From assembly GCA_945874755.1 (NCBI GenBank), contig CAMCHR010000003.1, forward strand, positions 1,541 through 65,540: DNA of 64,000 nucleotides, given 5' to 3'. The notes beneath the pieces were generated by a model. The model saw only the letters and a program-made list of their open reading frames with translations. It did no database searches and was not told where the DNA came from. Made by a program: the position numbers and the translations under genes. Positions 18,076 through 28,489 of this stretch are shown here, one piece after another. Position 1 is the first letter of the stretch, and each line of letters begins with the position of its first letter. Source of the DNA: Chitinophaga pinensis. GTDB lineage: Bacteria > Bacteroidota > Bacteroidia > Chitinophagales > Chitinophagaceae.

Positions 18076-19599
18076 TTAATATCCAGCGTTTTGAGGAATA
18101 CCTGAGATATCTATTTCGGTTTGAGGAATAGGGAAAAGTTCATGTTTGCCCACTACAAATTTAGAACCTAAAGTAGCACTTGCTTTTCCTGTTCTAACTA
18201 AGTCGAAGAAACGGTCACCTTCCATCGCTAACTCTAATCTACGCTCGTTTAATATATCATTGTAAAGCGTCGCTCCAGAAGATGTGATGTCACGGCTGTT
18301 ATTACCAAAAGCTCTACGACGAACTAAATTCAAATAGGTTTTTGCTTTAGTCTCATTTACTGTAGCAGCTTTTACATTTGCCTCAGCAGCCATTAATAAA
18401 ACATCAGAATAACGAATAATTCTAAAGTTATTTAAATAGTTTAATTCAATTTGACCTGAAGTTTGTCCTTTTCTAGGTAAATACTTTTGATTGTATAAAC
18501 CTGTATTCTTATAAGGTGCAACTTGATAAGTAACATTATAAGAAGGATTAGCAGTTTTGTATGCTTCAATATCTAAAATTGTCACAGCCTTACGTTGGTC
18601 ACCTGCTTCATAAGCGTTCGCTAAATTCGCAGTTGGCAAATTCGTGCTCCAACCAGCAGCATATGGCATATCAGCAGAACCATTTATACCTCTGATTCCA
18701 CATTGTTGTATAGCATAGTTACCTTGACCTCTTGTTGCTCCTCCCCAGTTGTAGTATGGAGAAGTGTTTGAATATTGAATTTCAAAAACAGACTCAGAAC
18801 CATTTTCACCACTCAATAAAAATATTGTACCAAAATTATTTACTAGAGTGAAGCTGTTTGACGTAATCACGCTTTCTAATGTCGAAGCAGCTAAATCAAA
18901 TTTATTTTGGTATAAATAAACCTTACCTAAAAGTGCTTGAGCAGCTAATTTTGTAATTCTTCCTTTTTCATTTTGTACAGCAGGAAGCGCAGCAATAGCT
19001 GCAATTAAATCTGTTTCAATTTGCTTGTAAACTTCAGCTTTAGCTGTTCTCTTTAAAGACTTAGAATCTGAAAGAGAAAGTCTTTTGTCTGTGAATAAAG
19101 GAACATCACCAAACATTTTGACTAATGTAAAATAATAGTAGCCTCTTAAGAAAAGTGTTTCACCAAACAAAGCATCTTTACCAGCAAAGTTTACCACATC
19201 GCCAGCAGGGTTTGCTGCCTTATACTGATTAATATAATTTGCTCTATTGATCCCTTCGTAAGCAGACTGCCATATTTCGGTCAATTGACCGTTTACAGCA
19301 TTGTGCGTGTAATCATCAATTTGTTGCAAAGACAATACGTCGGATGCATTTTCTCCACCAGCTACTGCATTATCAGATGCAATTTCACCAATAGGAACAA
19401 CTTGATTAATCCATTGTAATGGTGTGTAAACACTTACCACCATCGATCTATAGTCCGACTCCGATTTTAAATAATCTTGGTCAGTAATTTTAAATTCCTC
19501 GTGTGGATTGTAGTCCACAAATTTTGTGCATGATTCAAGACTGCAAAAAGTAACAATCAGGAAAAGCAATTTTAAATAATTTTTCATAATAATATTCAT
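18076..19599 (-). CDS. susD: SusD/RagB family nutrient-binding lipoprotein
   Basis: Lipobox LESC; FLRGYYYFTLVKMFGDVPL; IIRYSDVLLMAAEA; ERRLELAMEGDRFFDLVRTG. Confidence 0.92.
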   Translation of the reverse strand: MNIIMKNYLKLLFLIVTFCSLESCTKFVDYNPHEEFKITDQDYLKSESDYRSMVVSVYTPLQWINQVVPIGEIASDNAVAGGENASDVLSLQQIDDYTHNAVNGQLTEIWQSAYEGINRANYINQYKAANPAGDVVNFAGKDALFGETLFLRGYYYFTLVKMFGDVPLFTDKRLSLSDSKSLKRTAKAEVYKQIETDLIAAIAALPAVQNEKGRITKLAAQALLGKVYLYQNKFDLAASTLESVITSNSFTLVNNFGTIFLLSGENGSESVFEIQYSNTSPYYNWGGATRGQGNYAIQQCGIRGINGSADMPYAAGWSTNLPTANLANAYEAGDQRKAVTILDIEAYKTANPSYNVTYQVAPYKNTGLYNQKYLPRKGQTSGQIELNYLNNFRIIRYSDVLLMAAEANVKAATVNETKAKTYLNLVRRRAFGNNSRDITSSGATLYNDILNERRLELAMEGDRFFDLVRTGKASATLGSKFVVGKHELFPIPQTEIDISGIPQNAGY

Positions 19600-19609
19600 T
19601 TAAGCAGAT

Positions 19610-22600
19610 TTAAAATTTAATGTCAAGGCCTAAAGCAAAAGTTCTAGGTTGAGGATACGCACCACGATCTACACCTGTTTCAAGAATTCCTCCAGGAATT
19701 TCAGGATCGTAACCAGTGTATTTAGTGAATGTGTATGCATTTTTAACTTGGAAGTAAAAACGCACTTTATTTAAACCTTTCTTTGTTAATGATGCTGGTA
19801 ATGAATAACCAAATTGTAGGTTTTTAATTTTTACAAAAGAACCATCCTCTACATAACGATCAGAAACTCTTGCATTGTTATTGTTATCTACAAAAGAATA
19901 TCTAGGGAAACGTGCATCATTGGTAGAATTTTCACCCGTCCATCTAGCTAAAATTTCACGAGGTTTGTTGGTGTAGTTGGCATTTCTTTCAAAAGCTCTG
20001 TAAATGTCATTTCCAACTGAAGCGTATACAAAAGATACAAAGTCAAAATTACCAACTTGAACATTGACATTCCATCCTAATGTGAATTTTGCAAATGGAT
20101 CACCAATTTTAGTTTTATCTAACGCATCAATCACATTGTCACCATTCATGTCAACGTATTTAATGTCACCTGCTTGTGCTCCAACTTGTTTAGGTGAAGC
20201 AGCTACTTCGGCAGCATTTTGGAATAAACCATTTGTTTTAAATCCATAAAAATATCCAGGCGTAAATCCTTTTTCAAAAACAGTCACAGACTGAGATTGA
20301 CCATTAAAATAATAGCCACCTAAAATCTTAGCAGTTCCATCAGAGTTAGTAGAAGTTACCTCGTTGGTAGCAGTCGTAAATGTCAATGAGGAATTAAATT
20401 GTACTTTTTTATTAGGGCTATTATGGTAGTTTAATGTTACATCAAAACCACTGCTCTTAGTGGTACCGATATTCGCTTGTGGAATAGGCACTGTACCAAG
20501 GTATAAAGAAGCAGAAGGCGTAAATAACAAGCCATCCACTGTTTTATTGAAATAGTCTGCGTTGATCGTAAAATGATTGTTCATAAAAGTTAAATCAAAA
20601 CCAATGTTTGATTGAACTTGTTTCTCCCATCTTAAAGCATTGTTTGCAGCAGATCCAATGGTTGATCCTGTTGTAAATACTTCACCAAAGCTATAACCAT
20701 TGCTATTTGCAGTTGGACCATAGCTAGGACCACCAGTGATGATTCCAACATATTGAGGGTTTACATTCTCATTACCAGTTGTACCATAACTTCCTCTTAT
20801 TTTAAAGAAGTTCACCATTTTGCTACTAAAGAATTTTTCGTTAGAAACAACCCATCCTAATGAAGTGGCATAGAAATTACCAAATTGGTTTTCATTACCA
20901 AAAGCAATAGATCCATCACGACGAGCAGAAACTGAAGCTAAATATCTTTCACTAAAGTCATAGTTTAAACGACCAAAGTAAGAAATATTTTTTCTAAAGT
21001 ATTGATAGTAGTATCCAGATAAGGCATCTGAATTAGTGGCCGTGTTAGCACCTGTAGCTGCAGTGAAATCTGCAAACTCCCAAGAATTAAATGGTACGTC
21101 TTGTTGCGCCTGCAGCGTTACCAGTTAATTTAGAAGCAGCAATACCACCAATTAAATTGAAAGTATGTTCGTTGCGCTTTAAATTATAATCAAAGTAATT
21201 CTCAAAAGTATAATTGAAGTTGCTTGTTTTTTCGTGTGCAATTCTGTTGTGCTTACCAACCACAGCCGACCCGTCAGCATTCATTGAATTGTCTACGTTC
21301 AAAGGACCATAAAATGCAAGTGGGGTAAATGACTTTGCATTACCATCATATTTTGTGTAACCAAAACGAGAAATCAAACTTAAGTTTTTAGCTACATTGT
21401 ATTGCAACTCAAACTTACCATATAATTTAGTGCCTACGTTTTTGTTATAGGTATTTTCAAGTACCGAAAGTGGGTTGAAAATTTCTGAAAGTAATAAATT
21501 ACTATACCCATATTTACTGGCATTATTAGCTGTATTTAAAAGGGACACAGTAGGATCAAAATTCAATGCAGATCCTAGTACGCTATTGAAAGAGTTTTCT
21601 GCAATGCCTTTAGATTCTAAAGTCAAGGCACTTGCGTTAATGATTAATTTTAATTTAGAGCTTAAGTCAAAGCTTAAGTTTGCTGTAAAGTTACCTCTAG
21701 TAAAATTAGATTTATCAGCACCTCCAACGATACCTGATTGATTCAAATAACCAGCACTCAATAAATATGTCATTTTTTCGCTACCACCTTTTGCGTTCAA
21801 AGAATAGATCTGAACAGGTGCCTCTTTAAATACTTCTTTTTGCCAGTTATTACCCACGCCTAATGTAGATAAGTTAGGGAAGATCACTGGTCCACCAGCT
21901 GTTGTACTTCCTTCATTGATCATTGCACCATATTCAGAAGCATTTAAAGTACCAATCATATTGGTAACTTGTTGCATACCATAGTTACTACTAAAACTAA
22001 ATTCAGCTTTTTGATTTCTTCTACCAGACTTAGTGGTTACTACAATGACACCATTTCCTCCTTTTACACCATAAATAGCTGTAGTCGCAGCATCTTTAAG
22101 TACGTTAATGGTTTCGATATCTGCAGGATTGATAGAATTTAAGTCAACAAGAGATTGTTGAACTCCATCAATAATTACCGTAGGGTCTGTACCGGTGAAA
22201 GAAGGAATACCTCTAATTAATACTGTAGGTTTAGAACCTGGAGATCCGCCTTGAATCACATTCACACCAGCGGCTCTACCTTGTAAAGCTTCCTCCGTTC
22301 TAACAGCATTAATTTTTTCGATATCGGCGCTTTTAATAGTTGAAATAGCACCAGATACTTTTGTTATTTTCTGGGAACCGTATCCAACAACTATCACTTC
22401 CTCTAAATTGTTCGAATTACTTAACTCTAAAAGAAAGTCTGTTTTGCTGGAAGCATTCACAAATCGTTCCATCGGGGTCATACCCACAAAGGAAACAACC
22501 AAATTTGCTCCTTTTGATGGAATACTAATAACAAATTGACCATTTTGGTCAGATACAGTGGATTGTTTAGTTCCTTTTACAATAATAGTCGCTCCAGCAA

Positions 22601-22721
22601 GATTCTCTCCGGTAGCTTTATTATTGACTTTGCCTTTAAACTGGATGTTTTGAGCATATGCTCCAACAATCAAGCATAAAACAAAGGCAGTTGACAACAA
22701 AATCCTGAGTTTTAATTTCAT
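19610..22721 (-). pseudogene. susC: SusC/RagA TonB-dependent transporter interrupted by a single +1 frameshift at ~21100 (real or sequencing artefact)
   Basis: The 5' ORF carries the plug (LKDAATTAIYGVKGGNGVIVVTTK) and ends ...GNAAGATRRTI*. The +1 frame continues QDVPFNSWEFADFT...YFGRLNYD...RRDGS... without a stop into MVNFFKIRGSYG...YPQPRTFALGLDIKF. Likely start is ATG 22721. Confidence 0.88.
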
Positions 22722-22963
22722 AAGTACTTGGTTAATAGTGAAAAATCGATTTTTGTTTATATATAATGAATGCATTTAAGCAATGATTAACACTTAAAAT
22801 GACTTAATTCAAGTTTGAATTAATTGTTTTGTGCTTTTACAAATATCTTGTAGAATAAAACTCCAGATTTTATATAAAAGATTAAAACAAACGTTAGCAA
22901 GCATGAAAAAAATAATTTTTAAGATGCTAAAATTCATGATTTTACTTCATATTACCTTAATGT

Positions 22964-23040
22964 TAACTACATCATTACTACATCAAAAATGTTAAATAGC
23001 GATAAATAGGCTTAAATAACTACATCATTACTACATCAAA
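22964..23040. promoter_or_regulatory. Putative operator array: two identical 24-bp boxes, each with two ACTACATCA units
   Basis: taactacatcattactacatcaaa at 22964-22987 and 23017-23040, between the divergent susC and regulator genes. Confidence 0.7.
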
Positions 23041-23079
23041 TATATTTCATACATTTATTTACCGAAAACGATTGCATTA

Positions 23080-25953
23080 ATGAAAAAGTTAATACTCTAT
23101 TTCTTACTGCCCCTAACTGGGCTTGCTCAAAACACCATTGGCCTTCCTGATATTATAAATTATTCTAAGGCAGACTATAAAGCAGGGCTCCAAAACTGGG
23201 ATTTTAAACAGGATAATAATGGCATTATATACATAGCCAATAACGAAGGCTTGTTAAGTTACGACGGTACTTATTGGAAATTATACCCTCTTCCTAATAA
23301 AACCATTGTAAGGTCGGTTGAAATTGGTGCCGATAATAAAATATATGTGGGTGGACAGGATGAATTTGGCTACTTCGCACCCGCCAAAAATGGGCAATTA
23401 CAATACCATAGCCTAGTTACTAGCTTACCCGATACCGAAAGGGACTTTGCCGACGTGTGGGATATAGCCTACTTTAAAAACGAGGTGTTTTTCAGGACAT
23501 CAAGGCAGATATTTAGGTTAACAAGCAAAAAAATAAGCATCACACACGCCCCTTCAGAATGGAGTTATATGGGTGAATGCAAAGGGAAATTATATGCACA
23601 TGATATAAAAATGGGCATAATGGCCTTTGAAAACGATCAATGGAAGGCCTTGCCAAGCGGTAATTTAACCAATGTGGAAGTAACTGCTATCCTACCCATA
23701 AAGAATACTATTATAATAACGACCTTAAAAAACGGCGTATATAATTATAGTATTACCGGCGCCACAAAAATAGTCAACCCAGCAACTAATGCCATTGAAA
23801 AAGAAAGAGTATACACTGCCACAGCTATCAATAATGAATGGATTGGCTTAGGCACCACCAATGCAGGGGTGCATATCATAGATGAAAAAGGGAACCTAAT
23901 ACAAAACTTATCCAAACAGGAGGGCCTTCAGAACTATAATATCATTTCTATATTTTGTGACAACCAAAGCAATCTATGGCTAGGATTAAATAATGGCATT
24001 GACTGTATTGGCTTCAATAAAGCAATTAAGCTTATTAATCCAAATTATCAGGACGCTTCGGCCTACGCTACTATTATATACAAGGACAATTTATACGTGG
24101 GTACTTCAAGCGGTTTATATAGTGCACCATTAAATGGGGCAAGGGATTTAAGTTTTAACCGAGGCAATTTTACTGCCATCAAAAACAGTGCAGGCCAGGT
24201 GTGGAGTTTAGCCAATATAAATGAAAAATTATTATTAGCACATCACGAAGGTGCATTTCAAATACAACAAAACGAAGCCAGGTTAATTTCTAATAAAACA
24301 GGCTTCTGGAATTTTCAAACTGTATCTGCAAGTGGCACCGAAAGTAAACTAGTAGCAGGCAATTATACAGGGCTGTTATATTTAAACGATAATGGAAATA
24401 ATATTGCCACTACGAATAGTGTAAAAAACTTTACACAGTCGTCCCGTTTTGTAGCTGTGGATGAGGAAGCGTATATATGGGTGTCACATCCCTTTCACGG
24501 ATTATACCGAGTTCAAAAAGACACAACAAGCAAAGTGGCTCCCAAAATATATACCGACAAAAATGGATTGCCTTCTAGTTTAAACAACCATGTATATAAA
24601 ATAAAAAACGAAATTGTAGTAGCCACCGAAAAGGGTGTTTACAAATACAATACACAAACCGACAAGTTCGAACCCTACGGTTTTTATCAAAATTTATTGG
24701 GACCACAAAGTTTACGTTATTTAAAGGAGGACCAAGATGGTAATATTTGGTTCATACACGAAAAGCAATTAGGTGTATTAGACATGAGTACAAAAACACC
24801 TAACATAATTTATATCCCCGAATTAAATAATAAACTATTAAGTGGTTTTGAATTAGTATACCCCGTAAATGAAAGCAATGTGTTTATTGGAGGGGAGAGC
24901 GGCTTGTTTAATTTAAACTACGCAAAGTATAAAAAAAATAATTACACTTTACAAGTACATATAAGGGAAGTGCGCGTTTTAGGGGAAGGAGATAGCTTAT
25001 TGTATGGAGGTTATTTTGGGAATGTAAATGAAAAACAAGAACAGCAACAAGGACAATCTCCAAACATAGGAGGAAAATGGGATGCGATACATTTTGAATA
25101 TTCCACGGCCTTGTTTGGCTTACAAAATAATTTGGAATATAGTTATAGGTTAAAGGGGCTGGACGAAAACTGGTCCAAGTGGAATAGTAAAACCGAAAAG
25201 GAATATACGAACCTGCCTGCAGGTAATTATACATTTGAAATAAAAGTGCGCAATAATTTAGGGGAAGAATCGGAGTTGGACTATTACAGCTTTTCGGTGC
25301 TACCTGCATGGTATGTTTCAAAGTGGGCTTTCGTTTTTTATATGCTACTACTATGCTTAATTGTATTCATGCTAAATAAGTGGCAGAAGAAAAAGTTTAT
25401 CACACAGCAGGAAAAATATGAGGAGGAACAGAAGCATTTAAATAATTTAAAGCAATTAGAAATAGACAAAGCAAAAATCAAGATTACCGAAATAAAGAAC
25501 GAAAAGTTACAGTTAGAAGTAGACAATAAAAATAACGAACTATTAAACTTTACCATGCACTTAGTGCAAAAGGGGGAATTGTTATCGGATTTAAAAACGC
25601 ATATGTCAAAAATGACAAAAGTGTTAGAAAATTCATCGGGCCTGGACGAGTTAAAAAAAATGATTAAGGTAATCAACGACGCCGACAAGATGGATAAGGA
25701 TTGGGAGAATTTTATTTACCATTTTGACAAAGCACATAATTCATTCACTATAAACATAAAACAAAAGTTTCCAAAGCTAACCGCTAATGAATTAAAGCTA
25801 TGTACGTTTTTACGCTTGAATCTATCCACCAAGGAAATAGCACAGTTAATGAATATATCTTTACGCGGTGTGGAACTTGGCAGGTATCGATTACGTAAGA
25901 AATTAGAATTGCCGACAGAAACAAGTTTATTTGAATTCTTTAATTCTATTTAA
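23080..25953 (+). CDS. Membrane-spanning PUL transcriptional regulator (periplasmic beta-propeller, Y_Y_Y domain, TM helix, C-terminal LuxR-type HTH)
   Basis: YSYRLKGLDENWSKW...YTNLPAGNYTFEIK (Y_Y_Y), TM helix, LTANELKLCTFLRLNLSTKEIAQLMNISLRGVELGRYRLRKKL. No kinase or receiver domain seen. Confidence 0.88.
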   Translation: MKKLILYFLLPLTGLAQNTIGLPDIINYSKADYKAGLQNWDFKQDNNGIIYIANNEGLLSYDGTYWKLYPLPNKTIVRSVEIGADNKIYVGGQDEFGYFAPAKNGQLQYHSLVTSLPDTERDFADVWDIAYFKNEVFFRTSRQIFRLTSKKISITHAPSEWSYMGECKGKLYAHDIKMGIMAFENDQWKALPSGNLTNVEVTAILPIKNTIIITTLKNGVYNYSITGATKIVNPATNAIEKERVYTATAINNEWIGLGTTNAGVHIIDEKGNLIQNLSKQEGLQNYNIISIFCDNQSNLWLGLNNGIDCIGFNKAIKLINPNYQDASAYATIIYKDNLYVGTSSGLYSAPLNGARDLSFNRGNFTAIKNSAGQVWSLANINEKLLLAHHEGAFQIQQNEARLISNKTGFWNFQTVSASGTESKLVAGNYTGLLYLNDNGNNIATTNSVKNFTQSSRFVAVDEEAYIWVSHPFHGLYRVQKDTTSKVAPKIYTDKNGLPSSLNNHVYKIKNEIVVATEKGVYKYNTQTDKFEPYGFYQNLLGPQSLRYLKEDQDGNIWFIHEKQLGVLDMSTKTPNIIYIPELNNKLLSGFELVYPVNESNVFIGGESGLFNLNYAKYKKNNYTLQVHIREVRVLGEGDSLLYGGYFGNVNEKQEQQQGQSPNIGGKWDAIHFEYSTALFGLQNNLEYSYRLKGLDENWSKWNSKTEKEYTNLPAGNYTFEIKVRNNLGEESELDYYSFSVLPAWYVSKWAFVFYMLLLCLIVFMLNKWQKKKFITQQEKYEEEQKHLNNLKQLEIDKAKIKITEIKNEKLQLEVDNKNNELLNFTMHLVQKGELLSDLKTHMSKMTKVLENSSGLDELKKMIKVINDADKMDKDWENFIYHFDKAHNSFTINIKQKFPKLTANELKLCTFLRLNLSTKEIAQLMNISLRGVELGRYRLRKKLELPTETSLFEFFNSI

Positions 25954-26034
25954 GCTAATAAACTTTTAGAGGTGTAATTAACTAGTGAAAGAGTGAATTT
26001 TTCCGAATCACTATATCCAAGTTCTTTATTTTAG

Positions 26035-26074
26035 AAGTCAGTGCGAGCGAAGCGAGTAGTGACAGTCTTGGATT
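26035..26074 (+). repeat. Intergenic REP-like repeat with GCGAAGC hairpin core, copy 1
   Basis: aagtcagtgcgagcgaagcgagtagtgacagtcttggatt. The 20-bp core is identical to 26966-26985 and can fold as GTCA-G-TGC-GA-GC-GAA-GC-GA-GTA-G-TGAC. Confidence 0.7.
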
Positions 26075-26176
26075 TTTGATAAGTGAGTAGTGGACTGGTT
26101 GTTTTAAATTAGTATACGTCAAGTATAGTGAAAAAAAGTTTGTATCTTGTAGAACAAAAAATGTAATTATCTGAAT

Positions 26177-26947
26177 ATGAAATCAAATATTGGGGTTCCT
26201 TTTTTTACAGATTTTCCAATTGACTTTGACTTAGAATGGCAAATGTCTCGTGCCGAAAAATATTGTTTAATTAATTTATTACAAAATATTAAGCCTTCTG
26301 TTGCAATTGAAATTGGCACATATAAAGGTGGCAGTTTACAAGTCTTGAATGAGTTCTCAAAGCAGGTTTATTCATTGGATATTAGCAAAGCCCCAAAACA
26401 ATTTTTAGCTGGAAAATTTCCGACGGTTGATTTTAAGATTGGAGATAGCTTTTTAATTTTGCCAGACTTATTTATTGAAATTGAAAAAGAAGGTAAGAAA
26501 TTAGAATTCATACTGGTAGATGGAGATCATACTACAAACGCAGTTAAGAAAGATATTCATACAATTCTTTCTTATCCACATAAAAATCCAATCACCATAA
26601 TATTACATGATAGCTTTAACCCTCAATGTAGGGCTGGGATAAAGGGCATTAATTACTCACAATATCCGCAAGTAACTTATGTAGAACTAGATTATATTAT
26701 TGGTTCTTTTTGGCATAATACAACTTATAGGGAAATGTGGGGAGGGTTTGCAATGATTCGATTAGACCCTACTAATACAAAACCTGCATTAATAATGGGT
26801 TCTCAAGAACGATTATTCAAAAGAGTCTATTTCAGCTCAATGCACTTAATTAAAGATCGCTTTCATTTTTTAGTCCCTATAAAGTTCTGGTTATTTAAAA
26901 AATTAGGGCTTAAGCAAAAGACAGATATGTACGAAAGCTTTGATTAA
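26177..26947 (+). CDS. Class I SAM-dependent methyltransferase (Methyltransf_24-like)
   Basis: AIEIGTYKGGS, ILVDGDHT and ILHDS motifs. Confidence 0.8.
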   Translation: MKSNIGVPFFTDFPIDFDLEWQMSRAEKYCLINLLQNIKPSVAIEIGTYKGGSLQVLNEFSKQVYSLDISKAPKQFLAGKFPTVDFKIGDSFLILPDLFIEIEKEGKKLEFILVDGDHTTNAVKKDIHTILSYPHKNPITIILHDSFNPQCRAGIKGINYSQYPQVTYVELDYIIGSFWHNTTYREMWGGFAMIRLDPTNTKPALIMGSQERLFKRVYFSSMHLIKDRFHFLVPIKFWLFKKLGLKQKTDMYESFD

Positions 26948-26961
26948 GATCAATGCAGAAT

Positions 26962-27001
26962 AAGACAGTGCGAGCGAAGCGAGTAAAGAGAGTCCTAGAT
27001 T
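26962..27001 (+). repeat. Intergenic REP-like repeat with GCGAAGC hairpin core, copy 2
   Basis: aagacagtgcgagcgaagcgagtaaagagagtcctagatt, 34/40 identical to copy 1. Confidence 0.7.
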
Positions 27002-27106
27002 CAAATGCCAACCAGTCTTGGTGTAATTCAAAATATTATAACAAAGTCTTGGGTTCTAACTTATAGAGTGAAAAAATTATTCAAAAGTAGAAGTATCTTA
27101 CCTATT

Positions 27107-28207
27107 TTAAAGTAGCTTTTTTTTACAGAAATTTAATAAAGGATCTTCGATAAAAATATAAATTAAACATCCTAAAAAAATCGAAAAAGATAAAAATAAA
27201 AATATAAGTAAGTCGCCATTTTGAATGTTCATAAAAAGGTCATTAAAATGAAGGATTGCACTAAATAAAAAGGTATGAATTAAATAAATAGAATAGGATG
27301 CATCACCAATTAGAATAAATAATTTTTTTAAGAATGAAAATTTATGTATTGATGTTTGATTTTGATGTTGATTTATAAATAAAATTGATGTAACTAACAA
27401 AAAAGAAGGAATGCCCCATAAATAAACTCTTAAAAAACTTCCTGATCCGTTTAATGTTAAATAAGCTTCTGAAATATTAGAATAACCATTATTGATTAAC
27501 AAAACAAATTGCAGGATCGCAGTTATAAATATCAAAAAAACTACAGATAATGGTATTTTAATTTTATTTATATAAATTAAACCTAATATAATTCCAAGGA
27601 CAAATTCAAGTAAAATTGGATTTGTAAGAAAAACAAGATGAACTTCATTAGAATTAATTACGGTACCAAGAAAAACAAATATCAATAAAATGATTATTGC
27701 AACTATATTATGCATCTTTTTATGAATGATTAGCGAGATAGTGAAAATAATATAGAAAAATAATTCGAAAGAAAGTGTCCAAGCAATATTAATAGATGGT
27801 AGTAAAAAAATAGTCCCAGTGTCAAATATAGGAAGAAGTAAAATGTTTTTTAAAATAGTAGAGACATCTGGATGTTTGTAAAACATTAATAAAAATGTAA
27901 TAGGAATATATAAGGTATACAATCTTATCATTCTTTTTTTAAAAAAAGTTATAATTTTAGAGAAATTATCAATGTTGCCTGAAACATAAACCATGATAAA
28001 CCCACTAATTACAAAAAAAATATCTACTCCAATTGCTCCAAAATTTTCTAAATATTTATAGGAGGCTTGGAAACTATTAATATTCAAGTAACCTACTAAA
28101 TCAATCGAATGCGCATAAGCAACTAAGCAAACGGCAATTGCCCTTAATAATTGTATTGAAAATATCTGATTTTTTATAGCCAATGGTGATTTATTTATAA
28201 ATAACAA
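27107..28207 (-). CDS. Acyltransferase family 3 (OafA-like O-acyltransferase)
   Basis: IQLLRAIAVCLV, GVDIFFVISGF, AWTLSFELFFY, IGDASYSIYLIH; multiple TM segments. Confidence 0.88.
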   Translation of the reverse strand: MLFINKSPLAIKNQIFSIQLLRAIAVCLVAYAHSIDLVGYLNINSFQASYKYLENFGAIGVDIFFVISGFIMVYVSGNIDNFSKIITFFKKRMIRLYTLYIPITFLLMFYKHPDVSTILKNILLLPIFDTGTIFLLPSINIAWTLSFELFFYIIFTISLIIHKKMHNIVAIIILLIFVFLGTVINSNEVHLVFLTNPILLEFVLGIILGLIYINKIKIPLSVVFLIFITAILQFVLLINNGYSNISEAYLTLNGSGSFLRVYLWGIPSFLLVTSILFINQHQNQTSIHKFSFLKKLFILIGDASYSIYLIHTFLFSAILHFNDLFMNIQNGDLLIFLFLSFSIFLGCLIYIFIEDPLLNFCKKKLL

Positions 28208-28489
28208 TTTAAACTTACACTAATATACATATAATTGAGTGGATGTTTAGAACAGGGAATTGAAGATTATTAACAATTAATATCAACCCAGAATATATGC
28301 CCGAAAAATTGAGCAAAACCCACTAAAAGCTGTTGGTTCAATAAAAGGAAAATTGGTGTATAGTAAATAATAAGAATAGTCTTATGCACATATTTTAGTT
28401 CATTAAAGCTTTAAAATATAATAACATAAAACAATTAAACTAACTTAGCAAGATCGTTTTCAATAACAAACCAACATTGACTATAAAAG

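Noticed and set aside
19610-22775. Two separate TonB-dependent receptor genes
   Set aside because: The two ORFs are consecutive halves of one SusC, joined by an open +1 frame from ~21103 to 20818.
22964-23040. 24-bp direct repeats with a 29-bp spacer as a mini-CRISPR
   Set aside because: Only two copies, internally tandem rather than palindromic, no cas genes, and the position fits an operator.
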